Origin: Candidatus Woesearchaeota archaeon
Lineage (GTDB): Archaea; Nanobdellota; Nanobdellia; Woesearchaeales; SM23-78
Direction: 5' to 3'
Length of the DNA: 64,000 nt
Assembly: GCA_016930415.1 (NCBI GenBank)
Contig: JAFGGS010000016.1
Location: 1,359 to 65,358 of the forward strand
Positions 59,260 to 64,000 of this stretch are shown piece by piece. Made by a program: the position numbers and the translations under genes. Positions within the stretch are counted from its first letter, which is position 1. Every line of letters begins with the position of its first letter. The notes under the pieces are model-generated. The model was not told the origin of the DNA. It made no database searches and was given only the letters and a program-made list of their open reading frames with translations.

Positions 59260-59357
59260 AACGCTCAATGAACAAGTACAACCGGTTGGAAGTCATGCCA
59301 GACGACCTGTTCCAATACATAGAACCGAAGCTGATAAAAAAATATTTTTAAGTAGAG

Positions 59358-59464
59358 CTGGAGCCCTTTGCTCATGCAAAACCTGGCAAAGACATCAGCC
59401 GGCCTGATATAATCATAATATCATCCAGATGAGCTGCCGCGTCTACACAAGGAAATACGCTGGT
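59358..59464 (-). pseudogene. metG: Decayed copy of the metG 5' end
   Basis: 59358-59399 matches metG 57325-57366 at 40/42 nt; translates TSVFPCVDAAAHLDDI..[frameshift]ADVFARFCMSKGLQ versus TSALPYVNAVPHLGNI..ADVFARFCRSKGLQ. Confidence 0.85.
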
Positions 59465-59470
59465 CGCGGA

Positions 59471-60154
59471 TCAATAATTTTTCTGAATAATTGTTTGATG
59501 TTTTGTCGAGAGGACTGTGATCTTTTTATTATTTCTTGCTAATTTTCCAAAGTATTTTCTCAGATGAGCTTTGTAATATGCCGTGTTATCTATGACCATA
59601 AATCCTCCTTTGATCAGTCTCGGAAATAAGTTTTTGTATTCGTGCTTTACAGTTGCAGGGATATGGCTGCCATCCAGGAAGATGAAACTAAATCTTGAAT
59701 AGTTCTGCTTCTTGCCTTTATGCCAAAAAGTAATTTGATCAATTATTCTGATGAAATCATGAGAAGTCATGTGATGATGGATATGATTCTCGTATTTAGA
59801 GAGTAAACGTTTCATCTGAACAAAGAATGATCCGCCATATCTCCAGGGTTTATTGTCATAGGGCTTGTCTCCGTAAGGATCAACAGTCACGAGGACGGCA
59901 GATCGCATGGTTTTCTTCATCAGCCTAAGCAGCAAAAGAGCTGACCCGCCAGCCCGGGTCCCGATCTCCAGGACAGGAGGCTGGTTTTTGAGTGCCGGGA
60001 CTTTCAGAAAGCAATCAGCGAGTTCATCGAAATCTTCATTGTCATGATTCTTATCGTTGAATCTGACGCTATCACTGTACATGACGCATTCCTTGATAAC
60101 CTTCTTTAGTTCGCCTTTGGAAATCTTATATTTACTACTCGTCATCGTCGTCAT
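59471..60154 (-). CDS. Class I SAM-dependent methyltransferase (Methyltransf_24-like)
   Basis: VLEIGTRAGGS, FIFLDGSH, KGG.MVIDN; visibly AT-rich. Confidence 0.8.
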   Translation of the reverse strand: MTTMTSSKYKISKGELKKVIKECVMYSDSVRFNDKNHDNEDFDELADCFLKVPALKNQPPVLEIGTRAGGSALLLLRLMKKTMRSAVLVTVDPYGDKPYDNKPWRYGGSFFVQMKRLLSKYENHIHHHMTSHDFIRIIDQITFWHKGKKQNYSRFSFIFLDGSHIPATVKHEYKNLFPRLIKGGFMVIDNTAYYKAHLRKYFGKLARNNKKITVLSTKHQTIIQKNY

Positions 60155-60572
60155 CAGAGCCGCCCTTGCCTGTGCTCTTACCTGACTTCATCTTCTTGGT
60201 GATGCCGATCTTCTTCTTGCAGGCCTCGCATGCAAAGACGTATGCCTTGACGCCATCCCAATTCACCCGCTTGTAAGGCGTCGTCGCCTCTCCCTTATGG
60301 CCGCAGAACGGACAAGTGTACAAGACCTCGACCAGGAGGCTCTCCTCGTGGGGAATCTTCTCCTCAGAGAAGCGGCACTCGGGGCACTCATAGGTGTCAG
60401 CCCTTATCTTAGGCCTCTTGGTCTTAGGGTCAAGAGGCTTTCCCATCTCTCCCTTCTTGCATTTAGGGCAAGGCTTTCTCTTCACCCAAGCGATAGCCTT
60501 CCCGTTATTATCAAAGACTCTTCTTGTAAAATAGATGCAATCATCCATGCTATCAGGCATCACTATTCCCAT
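60135..60572 (-). CDS. Multi-CxxC zinc-binding hypothetical protein
   Basis: CPKC, CPEC, CPFC, CEAC; GAGGT RBS before MGIVM at 60572. Confidence 0.75.
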   Translation of the reverse strand: MGIVMPDSMDDCIYFTRRVFDNNGKAIAWVKRKPCPKCKKGEMGKPLDPKTKRPKIRADTYECPECRFSEEKIPHEESLLVEVLYTCPFCGHKGEATTPYKRVNWDGVKAYVFACEACKKKIGITKKMKSGKSTGKGGSDDDDDE

Positions 60573-60631
60573 GTTATCGACCTCACAACAAAAATACGTC
60601 TTTCGACTTTTAGACGAGAGAACGACGCTCC

Positions 60632-61090
60632 TCAATCAGTTATGCAGACGAAGAACATCGTTATCGTGCAAATAGGGATTAGGAGAAGGATTATTTTTAA
60701 AACTTCCGGAAGAGGGATGAACGGCAGGAGGATGAGCATCCTGGCTGCACCTATGGACGCGTATATCGCCTTCTGCATCTTCCCGTAGGCCAATAGGTAG
60801 AATATGCCTGCTGAGACGAGCGCCAGGCCGAGGAGCGCATTGCCCATCATCGCGAACACGAATATCGCTGCTATATCAAGCGCGATGCCGAAGAACATCT
60901 TCCAGGAATCCTTGATGAAATCAAACAATAAGACGACTGCGCCGATGATTATGAACGGGAGCAGGACCAGCGCGAACAATATCAGGGGATAAGCAGAGAG
61001 GAGGCTTCCGATGAACGATTCCTCGCTGAAGAAAATGAATATTACAGGAAGAAGGTACTCTGTCAAAAGTTCTGAAACAGCATCAAACAA
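60632..61090 (-). CDS. Hypothetical membrane protein
   Basis: Largely hydrophobic 152 aa. Confidence 0.7.
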   Translation of the reverse strand: MFDAVSELLTEYLLPVIFIFFSEESFIGSLLSAYPLILFALVLLPFIIIGAVVLLFDFIKDSWKMFFGIALDIAAIFVFAMMGNALLGLALVSAGIFYLLAYGKMQKAIYASIGAARMLILLPFIPLPEVLKIILLLIPICTITMFFVCITD

Positions 61091-61091
61091 A

Positions 61092-61901
61092 TCAGCTCAA
61101 CCTCTTCACTTCAAAGCAGACGGCCTCCTCCAAGACCCTGATATCCCTCGGGCAGGTCGTGTACTCAACCCCTTCATCAGAAGCGATGTTTATTAATCTT
61201 TCTTTTTCAGCATCATCAACAAACTTGACGATGACGTTGATGCCTTCGTTGTTCTCATGCAATATAGCCTTCTCAAAGCCAGCCGCCTTGAGAGATGCCA
61301 ATAGCTTAGTCCTCTTAGTCTGCAGGAAGACTAGCCTGGAACTCAAAGAGTTCATAGCCTCCTCCAGCTTCTTGAAATCAAGCTCAGACGCACCAGTGTC
61401 CTTTTCAAAGAACCTCATATAATCGTCATTGCTGGTCGCTATGAAGCCGCCCTCGCCAGCGTTGACCGGCTTAGCCTTCCCGAAACTCCCAAGGATGACA
61501 TCGCCCACAATCGCCTGCTTGGTGCTTATGCTGCCGCTCACATCATTGATCACGAATATCTTGTTCTTCTTACACACCTCTGCAATTGGCGTCATGTCCT
61601 GGAGCGCGTGGTAGCCAGGCATGGAATTGACCAGCAAAGCGCAGTCCTTATGAGACTCCAAGGACTTAGGATCGACAAGGCCGTAATCAGTCTTGAGCTC
61701 GGCGTAGAGCAGGCGCTCCTTGTCGCAGAACTGTTTGTAAGTCATCCAACCCCCCTGATCCTGCAAGAAGACTTGCTTGAAACCAAGGCTCTTAGCAAGC
61801 TTCAAAGCAGTCCTGATGGCCACGTTGCCCCTCTTGACGAACAAGACCTTGGACTGGCCGGTAAGCTCTTTTAGCCTCAAGACACAATCATCCCTGCTCA
61901 T
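61092..61901 (-). CDS. Short DegT/DnrJ/EryC1/StrS-like PLP-dependent aminotransferase
   Basis: INDVSGSI, SFGKAKPVNAGEGGFIAT (Schiff-base Lys region). Confidence 0.7.
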   Translation of the reverse strand: MSRDDCVLRLKELTGQSKVLFVKRGNVAIRTALKLAKSLGFKQVFLQDQGGWMTYKQFCDKERLLYAELKTDYGLVDPKSLESHKDCALLVNSMPGYHALQDMTPIAEVCKKNKIFVINDVSGSISTKQAIVGDVILGSFGKAKPVNAGEGGFIATSNDDYMRFFEKDTGASELDFKKLEEAMNSLSSRLVFLQTKRTKLLASLKAAGFEKAILHENNEGINVIVKFVDDAEKERLINIASDEGVEYTTCPRDIRVLEEAVCFEVKRLS

Positions 61902-61970
61902 AACAACCCCATGAGAGCCTGGATTTTAAAAAACTATTTAAAGAAAACACGAATTTTCAAGGAATAAATT

Positions 61971-62122
61971 GCCTCTATAGCATAGTGGTGGTGCGCGACC
62001 TTGGTATGCGTAGGGCTTTTTTGAGTCCGAGCACGCCAGAAACAGAAGGTTTCTGAGCGCAAAGAAATAAACAGAACGCAACAAAAAGGTCGAGGTCGAG
62101 GGTTCAAATCCCTCTAGAGGCT
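61971..62122 (+). tRNA. tRNA-Thr(GGT) with an 80-nt 37/38 intron (62007-62086)
   Basis: GCCTCTA/TAGAGGC acceptor; CGACC-TTGGTA[intron]A-GGTCG; GAGGG-TTCAAAT-CCCTC; intron closed by TGCGT/ACGCA. Confidence 0.9.
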
Positions 62123-62683
62123 TTTTCTCTTTTCAAAATATTCCCGCATCTTCCTTGCCGCGTCCTTCGTCTCCTTGATCGCTTCAGGGGTGTTAAGGTT
62201 TTCCTTCGCGTATTCCCACACCTGCAAGAGTATGCCTGGGCCTCTGCCAGCGACTCCTTCCATCCAGTCACAGTATGGCAGCATCCAGAGGTGGAACTGC
62301 AGGGGAGTGTCCTCGTTCTGGAAGTAATAGACGTCCTTTATGCCGAGGACTTCCAGCATCGCCTTCCTGACCTGTTTTATGGTCCCTATGAAGTCAAGCG
62401 TCTCCTCATCAGACAGGTCGAGGATCGTCTTCACCCTTCTTTTCGGAGTCACTATGTAGAATCCGGGGATCGCGACTTCCCAGTCCTGGCTGGCTGTGAA
62501 GAACTCGCTCTCATACACTTTCTCTTCAGGGAACAGCTTCTCTTCATCAGATATAATCCTCTCCGTCACAGAAAAGCCTAGTGGTGCTGAGAAATATAAA
62601 CTTTTTGGAAAGAAATCTCGTGCTGTTCCTGGTCTGTTAGCGTAAGGTTTAAAAATGGCTTGTTCATCCTTTACCTGCAACAA
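62114..62683 (-). CDS. HIT-like family protein with a degenerate histidine triad (likely start about 62569)
   Basis: [33 protein letters not shown]...FHLWMLP. Confidence 0.75.
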   Translation of the reverse strand: MLQVKDEQAIFKPYANRPGTARDFFPKSLYFSAPLGFSVTERIISDEEKLFPEEKVYESEFFTASQDWEVAIPGFYIVTPKRRVKTILDLSDEETLDFIGTIKQVRKAMLEVLGIKDVYYFQNEDTPLQFHLWMLPYCDWMEGVAGRGPGILLQVWEYAKENLNTPEAIKETKDAARKMREYFEKRKSL

Positions 62684-62701
62684 CAGGGGTGTATTTGTAA
62701 G

Positions 62702-64000
62702 ATGATATACTATGCTTTGATTGCTGCATTGATTGGGCTTGTTTTCGCGTTCGGATTCTCGAGAAGAATAGCTAAGGAAGACGCTGGTTCTCTTAAGATG
62801 AGGGAGATCGCATCGGCGATCCAGGAGGGTGCGCGGGCGTTCCTTTTCAGGGAGTATAAGATACTCGCAGTCTTCGTAGTCATCCTATTCGCAGTCCTAT
62901 GGTACTTTCTGCATTGGATAACAGCAGTGAGCTTCCTCTTCGGAGCTCTTCTATCGACGCTCGCAGGATTCATAGGCATGACAACGGCCACGAAGGCTAA
63001 CGTGAGGACGGCCCAGGCAGCGACTAAGGGCCTTCTTCCTGCTTTTAGGATCGCGTTTAGTAGCGGGGCAGTGATGGGCCTTAGCGTCGTAGGATTCGGT
63101 CTCCTGGGCGTCGGCGTGTTATATTACATATTCAATGATCCCAGCCTGATAATCGGCTTCAGCTTCGGCGCTAGCAGCGTCGCCCTGTTCGCCAGGGTCG
63201 GCGGCGGGATCTACACCAAGGCTGCAGACGTCGGAGCAGACCTCGTCGGCAAGGTCGAGGCAGGCATCCCAGAGGACGACCCCCGGAACCCTGCAGTCAT
63301 CGCTGATAACGTGGGTGACAACGTTGGTGACGTAGCAGGCATGGGAGCAGACCTCTTTGAGAGCTATGTAGGATCAATCCTTGCGAGCATGGTGCTAGCC
63401 CTCACAATATCCGAGAATGCAGGCGCATTCATAGCCTTGCCCTTGCTGATCTCTGGAGCTGGCATAATCGCGAGCGTGATAGGGACCTTCTTTGTCAGGA
63501 CCAAGAGCGAGGAGAAAGTGCACGGAGCCTTGAACAAGGGACTCTTTGCAAGCAGCATCCTCCTCATACCAGCGATCTATTTTATAGTCAAGTACTTGGT
63601 GCCTTCAAGCTTCTCGATGGCAGGAGGCGCGACGTACGCCTCGATCGGGCTATTCTACAGCACAATCTCAGGCCTCATAGCAGGAGTACTTATAGGTCTA
63701 TTGACAGAGTACTACACGAGCTACGACTACAAGCCGACGCAGAGGATAAGCGAGTCAAGTAAGACAGGTCCTGCGACTAACATAATCTCAGGCCTTGCGA
63801 ACGGCATGCAGAGCACAGTGCTCCCAGTCCTGGTAATATGCGCGGCGATATACCTCGCATACCTCTTCGGTGGGCTCTATGGGATCGCGATAGCAGCAGT
63901 GGGCATGCTAAGCACTCTTGGGATCAGCCTGGCAGTGGATGCCTACGGCCCAGTCGCTGACAACGCAGGCGGGATTGCAGAGATGAGCGGCCTTGACAAG
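62702..64000 (+). CDS. hppA: Membrane-bound H+/Na+-translocating pyrophosphatase, 3'-truncated by the window edge (absent from ORF track)
   Basis: ATG at 62702; [72 protein letters not shown]. Confidence 0.97.
   Translation, partial: MIYYALIAALIGLVFAFGFSRRIAKEDAGSLKMREIASAIQEGARAFLFREYKILAVFVVILFAVLWYFLHWITAVSFLFGALLSTLAGFIGMTTATKANVRTAQAATKGLLPAFRIAFSSGAVMGLSVVGFGLLGVGVLYYIFNDPSLIIGFSFGASSVALFARVGGGIYTKAADVGADLVGKVEAGIPEDDPRNPAVIADNVGDNVGDVAGMGADLFESYVGSILASMVLALTISENAGAFIALPLLISGAGIIASVIGTFFVRTKSEEKVHGALNKGLFASSILLIPAIYFIVKYLVPSSFSMAGGATYASIGLFYSTISGLIAGVLIGLLTEYYTSYDYKPTQRISESSKTGPATNIISGLANGMQSTVLPVLVICAAIYLAYLFGGLYGIAIAAVGMLSTLGISLAVDAYGPVADNAGGIAEMSGLDK

Noticed and set aside
1-64000. 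CRISPR array, rRNA, integrase, transposase, reverse transcriptase (DGR/retron)
   Set aside because: I saw no regularly spaced 25-45 bp repeats with unique spacers, and no ORF with cas, tyrosine/serine recombinase, DDE/Y1 or YxDD RT motifs.
1-64000. Alternative genetic code or stop-codon readthrough
   Set aside because: Conserved genes are full length under code 11 and end at TAA, TAG and TGA alike.
62702-64000. Assigning Na+ vs H+ or K+-dependence to HppA
   Set aside because: The diagnostic GNTT(A/K)A position lies beyond the window end.

Overview
This is an archaeal chromosomal window, shown by TFIIB, BRE-TATA promoters, intron-containing tRNAs and class III signal peptides. The gene mix suggests a DPANN archaeon, probably Woesearchaeota-like (inference). 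Housekeeping genes: tfb, uvrA/uvrB/uvrC, elp3, grpE-dnaK-dnaJ, metG, corA, glgP, a TreT-type glycosyltransferase, a P-type ATPase, an EndoQ-like PHP nuclease, an FKBP PPIase, an RsuA-family pseudouridine synthase, and hppA (cut by the window end). There are three tRNA genes, all with introns: Arg-GCG (D-loop intron), Ser-CGA and Thr-GGT (80-nt intron). Accessory content: (i) an island between uvrC and uvrA with a PUA/EVE-like + PD-(D/E)XK nuclease, an MNT-HEPN pair and a run of microproteins; (ii) many uncharacterised surface proteins, including DCGG Cys-rich repeat proteins, a cadherin-like lipoprotein and a tightly coupled 4-gene envelope operon; (iii) a tandem-NTase/HEPN protein beside a paralog pair; (iv) rearrangement scars: a decayed copy of the metG 5' end, a tRNA-Ser 3'-end duplication, a chimeric HAMP pseudogene, and a CAGAAA..TTTCTG hairpin found at all three tRNA loci. 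I saw no CRISPR array, rRNA, integrase, transposase or reverse transcriptase. All family assignments come from motif recognition by eye, not database searches.
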